From an uncultured Thermoplasmata archaeon (GTDB taxonomy: Archaea > Thermoplasmatota > DTKX01 > GCA-020343715): 64,000 nt of DNA. Positions 8,564 through 16,762 of this stretch are shown here, piece by piece (the stretch's first letter is position 1; every line of letters begins with the position of its first letter). The translations under genes were made by a program, and so were the position numbers. The stretch is from contig CBDUQW010000002.1 in NCBI GenBank assembly GCA_965369625.1, positions 27,708 through 91,707 on the forward strand, in the 5' to 3' direction. A model generated the notes under the pieces. That model was not told the DNA's origin. It saw only the letters and a program-made list of their open reading frames with translations, and ran no database searches.

Positions 8564-11500
8564 CTAGGTGATCTCCCTCTCCAATGCTGCCAGCGGGAAC
8601 GCCGCCGTCGGTGTGATGGACAGGCCAGAGACCTGCCCCCTCGATTGTATGTCCCCTGTCATGTTGATGCCGAGTGTGAAGTTGCCAGCGCTTCCCGCAT
8701 TGGGAAGGATTATCACCAGCACGTTGTAGGCGATACGCTCCTTGACCTCGAACAGGGGCGACCTGATGAACTCCGCCGAGCCGAAGGAATCGAACCACTC
8801 GTCATCGATGTAGACGTCCTGGTTCGGTCCGGCCGCCAGGTCCCAGGCGCTGTTGTTCGTCCTGTCCCAGTAGAGGCCGATGCGGATCCTCGTCCAGTCG
8901 GCGGGGGGGTTGCCCGAGCTGTTGTAGGCCGCGAAGATCAGGCTGTTCACGTCGGCGTTCTCTCCCTCTGCCCAGAAGGTGAGCTTCATCCAGACGTAGG
9001 GCGTGGACTCCGAGGGGGCTGGCGGGCTCAGGTCCTCCATGTTGACCTTGACGGTGCCGCGGGTGCGGATGGGCACCGTGCCCGAGCTGGCGACCATGGG
9101 GGGGTTCCTGGGCAGATCGAGGCACAGGTTCGGATAGGCCGAAGCCAGGTTGGGCAAGGCTGTGGTGGTACCGATGCCACCCGCGTTGATGCTGCAACCC
9201 AGTGTCCATCCCGCTGTGCCCAGGTTCAGCGAGAACACGACCACGATGTTGAAGTCGGTGCCTGGCGTGACCCACCTCAGGGGAGCGGGTGTGAAGGTTA
9301 TCTGGTTAGCCACGAAGGAGCCCGCGTCCTCGGCATCCAGCTCGATGTCGTCGGGTCCCAGCTTTCTGTCGGTGTCGTTGTTCTGGTCCCAGTAGATACG
9401 CACGGTGACCAGGTTGCCCGCCACCGTGCCCAGCTTGTTGACCCTTATGGAGTTGATGAGCACATCCTGTCCCTCGGCGTTCAAGGTGATCTTGAACACG
9501 GGGACGTTCTGTGACGAGTCGACCAGGGGGTCGGGTATGAGGCCCTCTCCGTGGACGTAGAGCTGTCCGTTGACGGTCCTCCAGTAGGACCTGGACGGGA
9601 TGTCGCTTCCTCCGTAGCCCACAGGGGTGATCGGCAGGGTCGTGATCTGCCCGATCACCTCCGTCTGGGTCGCCAGCTCTATGCTGGTACGTATGGTCTT
9701 GCCCTCTGTCCCGTGGGCCAGGTAGGCGTACGAGTCGACCCGGACGTAACCGTAGAAGTTGGTGTCCATGGGCACCGTCCACATGGGCACGCCGGGGATG
9801 CCGTTGTCGAACAGGGCATGACCTGTGGCGTCGAAGGTGATGGTCTGGTCGTACGCCAGGGTCCCCGAGGATGAGGAGGATATCAGGATGCGGATGCCCG
9901 TGACCTCGTCCCAGGCGATGGTGCCTGCCAGGGTCACGTTGATGGAATGGAACTCGATGGGCTCGCCGTAGCACTTGTAGAGCCACCTGCGCTGGTAGGC
10001 CGTTCCGCCAGCCCTCGTGGGAAGCGTGGTGGTCCCCTCCATGTCGATGGTAACGTGGCCCGAGGAGGCCAGCGTCTTGATGGTGGGGGATGAGGGCAGC
10101 GGCACGCCGCCGGGGGTCTGGGGGTTGATGCCGTCGCCCGAGACCTCGGTGATGGCGAAGGTGTCCGCCGCAGTGTCCATCTGAACACCGACCGTGTCCC
10201 CGTTGTTGCCACGGATGTTGAAGTAGATGTACACATGGCGGTACGGCCACGCCTCGTCTATCCTCCAGCCTCCGGGCGGTGCGTTGACCTCGAGGCGTCG
10301 TGTGATGGCGTTGAAGGCCAGGGGGCCAGAGTCCAGGAAAGTACCGCCCGAGTCCTTGATGTAGCAGTCGACGTCGGTGACGTCGATGTTGCCGAGGAGG
10401 GTCAGGTTGAGCTGGTGGATGAAGACGGTCTCGCCCGTCGCCTGGTAGAGCAGCTCGATCATCTTGACGTCGTCGGTATGGGTCAGGATGCGGGTGGGAT
10501 GCCGGTTGTAGCCCCAGACCTTGAACACGCCCTTGATGGTCAGCACCGAGCTGTCGATGGGGAAGCTGCCGATGGGAAGGATCCTGATGGGGGTGGACAC
10601 ACCGACGGCGGTGATGCTGGTCTGCGACTCGATGCGGACGCCGATGGAGAAACCCTCGGTCCCGCCCGAGATGGAGACCAGGATCCAGACGTACGTGGGC
10701 TCGTCCTCGATGCAGGTGAAGAGGGGAGCCCCGATGAAGTCACGGTAGCCCCCGATGAAGTTGCCGCCCGAACCGGGCAGCTGGTAGTCGAGGACCGTGT
10801 TAAGGACCCCGTCGCGGTCCTTGTCCCAGTAGGCCCTCAGGACCACCTTGTTGTCGGCGATGGTCCCCAGTTTGCGGACGCGTATGCCGTTGACGTTGAT
10901 GGACTCGCCGTTGGACAGGAACTCCAGCTTGAGGAAGAGCTTGTTGGCATCGCCCGACTTGAGTATGGTGGGTGGGGGGACCTCGTCGGTGCCCGTCAAG
11001 CGGAGGGAGCTGAACGAGGTCGACACCGTCACCCTCACGGTGGCGGTGGCGGAGCGTCCAGTGTCGTCGGTGGCGGTGACGGTGAAGGAGTAGTCGCCGG
11101 GCAGCACGGTGGTGGCGATCTTGAGCAGGCCGGTTATGTAGACGCCGTCGCCCCTGCTGTCGACCATGGCGGTGCTGCCGGCACCGAAGGCGGTGACGGT
11201 GAAGGTGCCGTCGCCGTTGTCGGTGGAGGTGATGGTCGCGGTCACGCTGCCCGTGGTGGGCAGGTCGCCGTCGATGTCCTTGCAGACGGCGTAGAGGCGC
11301 CAGGTGGTGTAGTCGTTGTTGGGAAGCACGTCCACACCAGGCAGGGTGGAGTCGGCCCATGCGTAGGCTATGATGGGATCGTGGTCGCCGCCGGAGCTGA
11401 CGCCCCGCTGGACAACGGTGTAGAACAGAAGGCTGTTCGATGTCACGTCGACGATCTTGACGTCCAGCTTGGCCTGGGTGGAGATAGTGCCCAGGAAGTC

Positions 11501-11836
11501 CATGGTCCAGATGTCACCCGGTTCCATGACCTTCTTGCCGGCCGGCAGGCCATCCGATATCTCGAACCTTGTCGGTGTGTCATCTATGCTCACAAGGATG
11601 TAGGTCTCGCCTTCCTTGAGGGGCTCTCCTCCGGTGTGCTGCAGGTGCAGCGTGCCATCCACGGCCGAGGTCCGCTCCAGCATCGGAACGATGTCCGCCT
11701 GGATGGTGGCCTCGGGGCCAGGGATGCTGTACACAAAGGATAGGACCACCGAGAACAGGGACACGGTGATCACAAGGATGAGGAGATTCCCAACGACCTC
11801 GGAGACTGCGTCGTCTCCCGATCTTTTCCACAACAT
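8564..11836 (-). CDS. Large (1090 aa) secreted adhesin-like protein with an archaeal class III (pilin-like) signal peptide. Ig-like/Big-domain-rich, with Thr/Ser/Gly/Val-rich composition.
   Basis: N-terminus MLWKRSGDDAVSEVVGNLLILVITVSLFSVVLSFVY closely matches the archaeal Pilin_N consensus (D/E-R/D-A-V-S-E-V-I/V-G + hydrophobic helix). Long beta-rich repetitive body. A TATA-like GTATAAATAC sits at 11888-11897 upstream. Confidence 0.7.
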   Translation of the reverse strand: MLWKRSGDDAVSEVVGNLLILVITVSLFSVVLSFVYSIPGPEATIQADIVPMLERTSAVDGTLHLQHTGGEPLKEGETYILVSIDDTPTRFEISDGLPAGKKVMEPGDIWTMDFLGTISTQAKLDVKIVDVTSNSLLFYTVVQRGVSSGGDHDPIIAYAWADSTLPGVDVLPNNDYTTWRLYAVCKDIDGDLPTTGSVTATITSTDNGDGTFTVTAFGAGSTAMVDSRGDGVYITGLLKIATTVLPGDYSFTVTATDDTGRSATATVRVTVSTSFSSLRLTGTDEVPPPTILKSGDANKLFLKLEFLSNGESINVNGIRVRKLGTIADNKVVLRAYWDKDRDGVLNTVLDYQLPGSGGNFIGGYRDFIGAPLFTCIEDEPTYVWILVSISGGTEGFSIGVRIESQTSITAVGVSTPIRILPIGSFPIDSSVLTIKGVFKVWGYNRHPTRILTHTDDVKMIELLYQATGETVFIHQLNLTLLGNIDVTDVDCYIKDSGGTFLDSGPLAFNAITRRLEVNAPPGGWRIDEAWPYRHVYIYFNIRGNNGDTVGVQMDTAADTFAITEVSGDGINPQTPGGVPLPSSPTIKTLASSGHVTIDMEGTTTLPTRAGGTAYQRRWLYKCYGEPIEFHSINVTLAGTIAWDEVTGIRILISSSSSGTLAYDQTITFDATGHALFDNGIPGVPMWTVPMDTNFYGYVRVDSYAYLAHGTEGKTIRTSIELATQTEVIGQITTLPITPVGYGGSDIPSRSYWRTVNGQLYVHGEGLIPDPLVDSSQNVPVFKITLNAEGQDVLINSIRVNKLGTVAGNLVTVRIYWDQNNDTDRKLGPDDIELDAEDAGSFVANQITFTPAPLRWVTPGTDFNIVVVFSLNLGTAGWTLGCSINAGGIGTTTALPNLASAYPNLCLDLPRNPPMVASSGTVPIRTRGTVKVNMEDLSPPAPSESTPYVWMKLTFWAEGENADVNSLIFAAYNSSGNPPADWTRIRIGLYWDRTNNSAWDLAAGPNQDVYIDDEWFDSFGSAEFIRSPLFEVKERIAYNVLVIILPNAGSAGNFTLGINMTGDIQSRGQVSGLSITPTAAFPLAALEREIT

Positions 11837-12039
11837 GGTAGTCCCTCTTCTAACCTGGGTTCAGGCAGCCCTGACGTACCCCAGGTCCGTATAAATACTT
11901 TTTCGCATACTTCTCACGCGCGCGAAAAAAAGATATCGGCACTTTTGTTATCCTAGCCAAATAGATTCTGGAAAATCACATATTCTGATAAAAGCCCCTA
12001 AACCCATAACGCCTCCCATATCGCACTCTGGGTGGTAGG

Positions 12040-12063
12040 AAGTGCCGTCCCCTCGGGGGGACG
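12040..12063 (-). terminator. GC hairpin (7-bp stem) immediately downstream of the sepF stop. It is followed on the minus strand by oligo-T tracts at about 11985-11995 and 11925-11935. Likely an intrinsic terminator region.
   Basis: gtcccctcg-ggggga-cgaggggtc imperfect inverted repeat. T5-T7 runs on the minus strand follow it. Confidence 0.3.
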
Positions 12064-12070
12064 AGGGGTC

Positions 12071-12451
12071 TCAGTACGGTCCCCTGAGAACCTCTCTGTT
12101 GATGAACACGCCCGTCGGGGTGACGGCGAGGATGTTCTTGCCCACGCCGGCGACGTCGCCGTTGACGTCCCGGGCGACGGACTTGAGCTCGTTCGCGATA
12201 CGCCTCATCGCGGTGTCGTCGGTGGAGAGGGCCGAGATGTCCACGAGGATCATGTTACCATCGTAGACCTCTTCGATGACGGGGCCAAGGTCCTCGAAGG
12301 TGGTGACCTCCGCGACCCGCAGCTCCATGCCTCCGGCGCCGGATTCCAGCTCCAGGCCCTCGATGTCGATGTCCCCCAGGTCGATGAACTTCTCGCTTTC
12401 GGGAACAGGCCGTGGATCCGTCTTGAGCCGCTTGAGTAGACCCTTCTTCAT
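12071..12451 (-). CDS. sepF: Cell-division protein SepF (DUF552 family, FtsZ-interacting).
   Basis: 126 aa. C-terminal core ...NMILVDISALSTDD..RRIANEL...GKNILAVTPTGVFINRE matches the SepF fold signature (iLlNL...rriDfl.G...g.ifLltP..V). Confidence 0.7.
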   Translation of the reverse strand: MKKGLLKRLKTDPRPVPESEKFIDLGDIDIEGLELESGAGGMELRVAEVTTFEDLGPVIEEVYDGNMILVDISALSTDDTAMRRIANELKSVARDVNGDVAGVGKNILAVTPTGVFINREVLRGPY

Positions 12452-12604
12452 ACCCTACCCTCCGGGTGGTAAGCCTATAACCCATTCGGTGGTTATAAGG
12501 TTTAGGGGGAGCGCCTGGCGGGTCCGTGGCACGCCATCTGGTCCCCCTCCGCCGGTCAAGAGATATATACCCGTGGCCATATTGGGGGACTGGAGGATGA
12601 CCGG

Positions 12605-14140
12605 GTGAGGTTCGAACTTCGTGGCGCCATTCTCTTCAGCGCCGACCTGGGACCCGTCGCAGAGCACCTCGAGGGCTACGTCAGGGAGATCGAGGCGGGT
12701 CCCCTCCTAAAGGGCGTCCCAGAGGGCGAGGAGGGCCCCCGCGTCGAGGGGGCCGAGCCCAAGGGTCAGGAGCTGGCGCTGGTCATCGTCTCCGGTCGTT
12801 ACGTGCGGGCCCACGAGGCGCTGCTGAGGCTCCGCAAGGAGCTGTCCACCCGCATGGGCAAGGAGCACCGCATCGGGGCCCGCGGTGTGCGCATCGACCG
12901 CTACACCATCTCCTTCTCGGTGTCCAAGGAGCCCGCCCGGCCCGTCAAAGTGCCCTTCGCCACCTCCCTCGAGTTCCAGGGCGAGACCGCCGTTCTGACC
13001 CTCACCGACGTCTCCGAGGACTTCCTCAGCCGCAACTACGTCGACCGGCTGGTGGCCCTGGTCAGGGAGAAGGTGGACGCCCAGGGGTACGAGGGCAAGG
13101 AGGAGTTCTGGGAGCTCATCTGGACCTCGCCGCCCAGGGAGATGCCCTACCAGGAGGACCCCACCGAGGACATGGCGGGGCGGGGATGGGTCCAGCAGGG
13201 CCCGGGGAAGGGCCGGTGGTTCTTCCGGCCCCAGGCCGCCGCCGTGATCCGGACGATGGAGCGCATCGCCCTGGAGAAGGTGCTCCACCCCCTCGGCTTC
13301 CAGGAGGTCATCTCGTCCTCGCTGGTCCCCTTCGAGGTCTGGCTGAAGACGGGCCACCTCAAGGGCGTGGCCAACGAGATCTACTACTTCTCCGAGCCCG
13401 CCACCCGCAACGAGGAGGCATGGGAGGAGCTGCGCGACCTGGTGAAGGTAACCCGGGAGGTGCCCCGTGAGAAGCTGGTCGACCTCCTCGACGCGCCCAG
13501 GGCGGGCATGACCTACGCCCAGTGCCCCAACATATACTGGTCCTTCCAGAAGCGCACCCTGGCCGACGAGGACCTGCCCATCATGGTATACGACCGCACC
13601 GCCAACTCCTACCGGTACGAGTCCGGGGGGCGTCACGGCATCGAGCGGGTGGACGAGTTCCACCGCATCGAGCCCGTCTACATCGGCACCATGGACCACC
13701 TGGTGGAGCTCCGCGAGGCCCTCATCGACCTCTACAAGCGCGTGTTCAACGAGATCCTCGAGCTGGAATGGCGCATGGCCTGGGTGTCCCCCTTCTACCT
13801 CCAGCAGGCGGGGATGGCCGGGGGAGAGGAGGAGGAGGCCCCCGTCCCCGACGAGCGACGGGAGGGCACCATCGACTTCGAGGCCTACCTGCCCTACCGG
13901 GGCACCCGCGAGGAGAGCGAATGGCTGGAGTTCCAGAACCTGTCCATCCTGGGCGACATCTACACCACCGCCTTCAACATCAAGGCCCAGCGGCACGAGC
14001 TGGTCTCGGGATGCTCCGGCATAGGGCTGGAGCGGTGGACCGCCGTCTTCCTGGCCCAGAAGGGCCTCGACCCCGCCGGATGGCCCGATGGGTTCAAGGC
14101 CTTCCTGCCCGACCTCCCCAAGGGCTTCACCTTCCACTGA
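12605..14140 (+). CDS. serS: Seryl-tRNA synthetase, methanogen-type (atypical class II SerRS).
   Basis: GTG start preceded by GGAGGA. Class II motif 2 SYRYESGGRHGIERVDEFHRIE and motif 3 GCSGIGLERW. Zn-ligand candidates (AQCPN about aa 303, ERVDEF about aa 350, SGCSG about aa 468) sit at positions matching Cys306/Glu355/Cys461 of the Methanosarcina barkeri atypical SerRS. Length 511 aa and a non-canonical N-terminal domain. Confidence 0.75.
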   Translation: MRFELRGAILFSADLGPVAEHLEGYVREIEAGPLLKGVPEGEEGPRVEGAEPKGQELALVIVSGRYVRAHEALLRLRKELSTRMGKEHRIGARGVRIDRYTISFSVSKEPARPVKVPFATSLEFQGETAVLTLTDVSEDFLSRNYVDRLVALVREKVDAQGYEGKEEFWELIWTSPPREMPYQEDPTEDMAGRGWVQQGPGKGRWFFRPQAAAVIRTMERIALEKVLHPLGFQEVISSSLVPFEVWLKTGHLKGVANEIYYFSEPATRNEEAWEELRDLVKVTREVPREKLVDLLDAPRAGMTYAQCPNIYWSFQKRTLADEDLPIMVYDRTANSYRYESGGRHGIERVDEFHRIEPVYIGTMDHLVELREALIDLYKRVFNEILELEWRMAWVSPFYLQQAGMAGGEEEEAPVPDERREGTIDFEAYLPYRGTREESEWLEFQNLSILGDIYTTAFNIKAQRHELVSGCSGIGLERWTAVFLAQKGLDPAGWPDGFKAFLPDLPKGFTFH

Positions 14141-14195
14141 GGGCACCGGACCGGCGCCTCCAGGGCCCTGGCATCCCTTCGCCTTGGACGCAAAC

Positions 14196-14207
14196 TAATA
14201 TAAAGGG
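14196..14207 (+). promoter_or_regulatory. TATA box (ctaatataaagg) plus a GGAGGG RBS upstream of rps3ae.
   Basis: AT-rich element about 40-50 nt upstream of the GTG start at 14246. aaggaggg lies 10 nt before the start. Confidence 0.4.
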
Positions 14208-14245
14208 GTCCCTCTTTACGGGAAACACCCCCAAGGAGGGCTCAA

Positions 14246-15235
14246 GTGGCCAAGAAATCAGCCCGCGCTGAGGCGAGGAAGGTAAAGGACCGCTGGAAGT
14301 CCAAGGTCTGGTACAACCTGTACGCCCCCGAGATATTCGGGGCGAGCCAGATCGGCGAGACCCTGGCGGACACCCCCGAGAAGCTGAACGGTCGCGTCAC
14401 CCAGATCACCCTTCAGGACATAACCGGTGACTTCTCGCAGATGCACGTCAAGCTGAACTTCCAGATCAACCGCGTGGTGGGACTGGACGCCCACACCGCC
14501 TTCGTCGGCCACGACCTGACCTCCGATTACATCCGCCGCCTGACGCGCAGGAAGCACTCCAAGATGGACGGCATCTACGATGTCACCACCCTCGACGGCT
14601 ACCGCGTGCGCATCAAGCCCATGGCCATCACCGAGCGGCGCATCAAGTCCTCCCAGCAGGAAGCCATCCGTGCCCAGATGATGCAGGTGGTCAACGACAG
14701 CGCCAGTCGCGCAACCCTCCCCGAGGTCATCAGGGCGATGATCTCCGGAGAGATGTCCAAGTCCATCTTCCGCAAGTGTAAGCCCATCTACCCCATCAAG
14801 CGGGTGGAGATCCGTCGCAGCCAGGTGATCGGTCGCGAGTTCGTCCCCGACGGCCCCGTCCGCGAGGGTGGCGACGGCTACGTGCTTGGAGGTCCCGAAC
14901 CAGAACCCGAGCCGGAAGGCGAGGAGGCTCCCGCCGAGGGCGAGGTACCCGTCGAGGCTCCCGCCGAGGAGACCCCTGCAGAGGAGGCTCCCGCGGAGGT
15001 TCCCGCCCCCGCCGAGTCGGAGGAGGAGTCCGAGGTGGACCCCGAGACGGTGGCCGCCATCATAGCCTCCTTCGGGGACATCCCGGGCATCGGCCCGTCC
15101 AAGGCCCAGGCCCTCTTCGACAGCGGTTACACCTCCGTCGAGGAGATCAAGGCCCTCTCCGCGGAGGACCTGGCCAAGGTCGAGGGCATCTCCGAGGCCC
15201 TGGCCAAGAGCGTCCACGAGGCCCTCAACGAGTAG
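14246..15235 (+). CDS. rps3ae: 30S ribosomal protein S3Ae (eS1) fused to a C-terminal acidic Pro/Glu/Ala-rich linker and a helix-hairpin-helix (HhH) domain.
   Basis: N-terminus MAKKSARAEARKVKDRWKSKVWYNLYAPEIFG... is the canonical S3Ae start. It is about 210 aa, followed by EPEPEPEGEEAPAEGEVPVEAPAEETPAEEAPAEVPAPAESEEESE and then IASFGDIPGIGPSKAQALFDSGYTSVEEIKALSAEDLAKVEGISEALAK (two GIG-type HhH motifs). Confidence 0.8.
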   Translation: MAKKSARAEARKVKDRWKSKVWYNLYAPEIFGASQIGETLADTPEKLNGRVTQITLQDITGDFSQMHVKLNFQINRVVGLDAHTAFVGHDLTSDYIRRLTRRKHSKMDGIYDVTTLDGYRVRIKPMAITERRIKSSQQEAIRAQMMQVVNDSASRATLPEVIRAMISGEMSKSIFRKCKPIYPIKRVEIRRSQVIGREFVPDGPVREGGDGYVLGGPEPEPEPEGEEAPAEGEVPVEAPAEETPAEEAPAEVPAPAESEEESEVDPETVAAIIASFGDIPGIGPSKAQALFDSGYTSVEEIKALSAEDLAKVEGISEALAKSVHEALNE

Positions 15236-15268
15236 GCCTCGCCGCCGTGGGAGGTCTCGCAGAACAGC

Positions 15269-16522
15269 TCAGATGAGCTTGCCCCAGGTGTGCTCGGTGT
15301 TGCACCGGGTCCATCCCAGGTCCTCGAGGTCGGTCACGTCGGAGCCCACCTTGAGCCGGAAGGTGTTGACCTGGGTCGGGTACTCGTTGTAGTGGAGGAT
15401 GGACCTGGCGATGCCGAAGCGCTTGGGCTGTTCGAAGCGCCAGTAGGCCCTGGAATACGCCTCCAGCTCCAGGTCGATGGTGGCCTCGGCGCTCTCGCCC
15501 CGGACGGTGAACACGGGGTAGTCCTCGTCGGTGAGGACGTGCTTGATCTTGGGCTTCTTGAACTTGTACAGCCGCTGGGCGGTCTCGTCCCAGAACTGCA
15601 GGCTGCGGTTGAGGAAGATGTCGCCGAAGTCCCATCGGCTCCTCGGCCGCTCGTCCTTCCGGTGCAGCTGGGGTCCGACGTGGGGGAAGAAGTAGTCCAG
15701 GTAGTCTCCCCTCTGGGTGTGCATCACCGTCCAGTACCAGGGTATGGCGGGGGCGTTGACGCGGACCTTCTGGAAGTACGCGGTGGAGCCCGCGGCGTCC
15801 ACCTCCTCTCCGTCCACCTTGTAGGTCCCCTCCACCTTCATCCCGTAGATGCGCAGGATGTTGTACGAGTACTTCTTGGAGTAGGCGTTGGCCCGGTAGC
15901 GGTGGTCGGACATGAAGGGGGTCCAGTCCGTCATGTCCAGGTGGAAGCCGTGGCCGTCCTCGGGCATGTCGATGTCGAGCCTGTACCTGCCGGGCCTTCC
16001 GGAGAACCGGAGGTCCTTGGGGGACTGGGGGTCCAAGAGGCCATCAGCGCCTCGCTTTTCGACCCTGAACCAGTTCGGCTCGAGGATGACGGGGTCCTTC
16101 ATCCTCCTTCCATCGTACCACCAGGCGGCGGTCATCCCGTTGAACTTGAGGTCGATGTCATCCCCCTCGGCCTTTCGCTCTATCTTTCCCTCGGGGGTCC
16201 AGTCAAAGTAGTCCACCTTTATCCAGTCGGTGTACTTGGTGGACCACAGGATCATCAGCTGCCGCGTCCGTCGCGGGTTGTCCGGGTCGGGGAAGAAGAA
16301 GAGCCACCACCACCACCACCAGGTGAGCCCCTGGTGGATGTTCGAGAGGTCCAGGTCCCACATCAGGGCCTCGGCCTCCGGGCCCAGGACCTCCTTGGCG
16401 TCGGTGGTGTGGCCCCTGGGCCTCTCCACAGTCTGGTGACCGACCGGCTCCTCCATCACGGGTGAATCCCCCGTTCGATACATAAAGGTGCCGTGGGGTC
16501 CCCACCCAGCAAGATGGTTCAC
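15269..16522 (-). CDS. Conserved hypothetical cytoplasmic protein, Trp/Tyr-rich, containing a hexa-Trp run. The start could be M1 (16522), M14 (16483) or M23 (16456).
   Basis: Coherent non-shadow composition over 417 aa. A TATA-like cttataaagg at 16548-16557 is appropriately placed upstream on the minus strand. Confidence 0.55.
   Translation of the reverse strand: MNHLAGWGPHGTFMYRTGDSPVMEEPVGHQTVERPRGHTTDAKEVLGPEAEALMWDLDLSNIHQGLTWWWWWWLFFFPDPDNPRRTRQLMILWSTKYTDWIKVDYFDWTPEGKIERKAEGDDIDLKFNGMTAAWWYDGRRMKDPVILEPNWFRVEKRGADGLLDPQSPKDLRFSGRPGRYRLDIDMPEDGHGFHLDMTDWTPFMSDHRYRANAYSKKYSYNILRIYGMKVEGTYKVDGEEVDAAGSTAYFQKVRVNAPAIPWYWTVMHTQRGDYLDYFFPHVGPQLHRKDERPRSRWDFGDIFLNRSLQFWDETAQRLYKFKKPKIKHVLTDEDYPVFTVRGESAEATIDLELEAYSRAYWRFEQPKRFGIARSILHYNEYPTQVNTFRLKVGSDVTDLEDLGWTRCNTEHTWGKLI
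16303..16320 (-). repeat. (TGG)6 trinucleotide repeat encoding WWWWWW. It is followed by CTC(TTC)3 encoding LFFF within the hypothetical gene.
   Basis: Plus strand reads ccaccaccaccaccacca immediately after gaagaagaagag. Confidence 0.85.
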
Positions 16523-16762
16523 CTTTTGCTAAACGAACCCGTCTCGCTTATAAAGGAAGAGGGCGGTCCTCTGTTACGGCAACAGCCGGAAATGTGGTGG
16601 CAAGAGGCGACATACAAATTTCCGATCCCTCCCTCAAAATTGGAAAATTTTTGGAACCATCCTCGGTTTCAATCCCCCCCCCTCCTGTCCCTCTTGCCCC
16701 CCGTTTCCTTTCTCATGTTCTGACACGTAGAGCGGGTACGTTCCACGTCCTCCCTGAGATCC

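Noticed and set aside
5978-11743. ORFs 5978-7213 (plus), 6207-8375 (minus), 7274-9514 (plus), 9306-10250 (minus) and 10235-11743 (plus).
   Set aside because: They overlap the three pilin-like genes in other frames or strands, with His/Arg/Gly/Asp-rich composition and no recognisable domains.
12707-15217. ORFs 12707-14146 (minus), 13522-14271 (plus) and 14258-15217 (minus).
   Set aside because: Shadow ORFs over serS and rps3ae. The real genes are supported by class II aaRS motifs and the S3Ae N-terminus.
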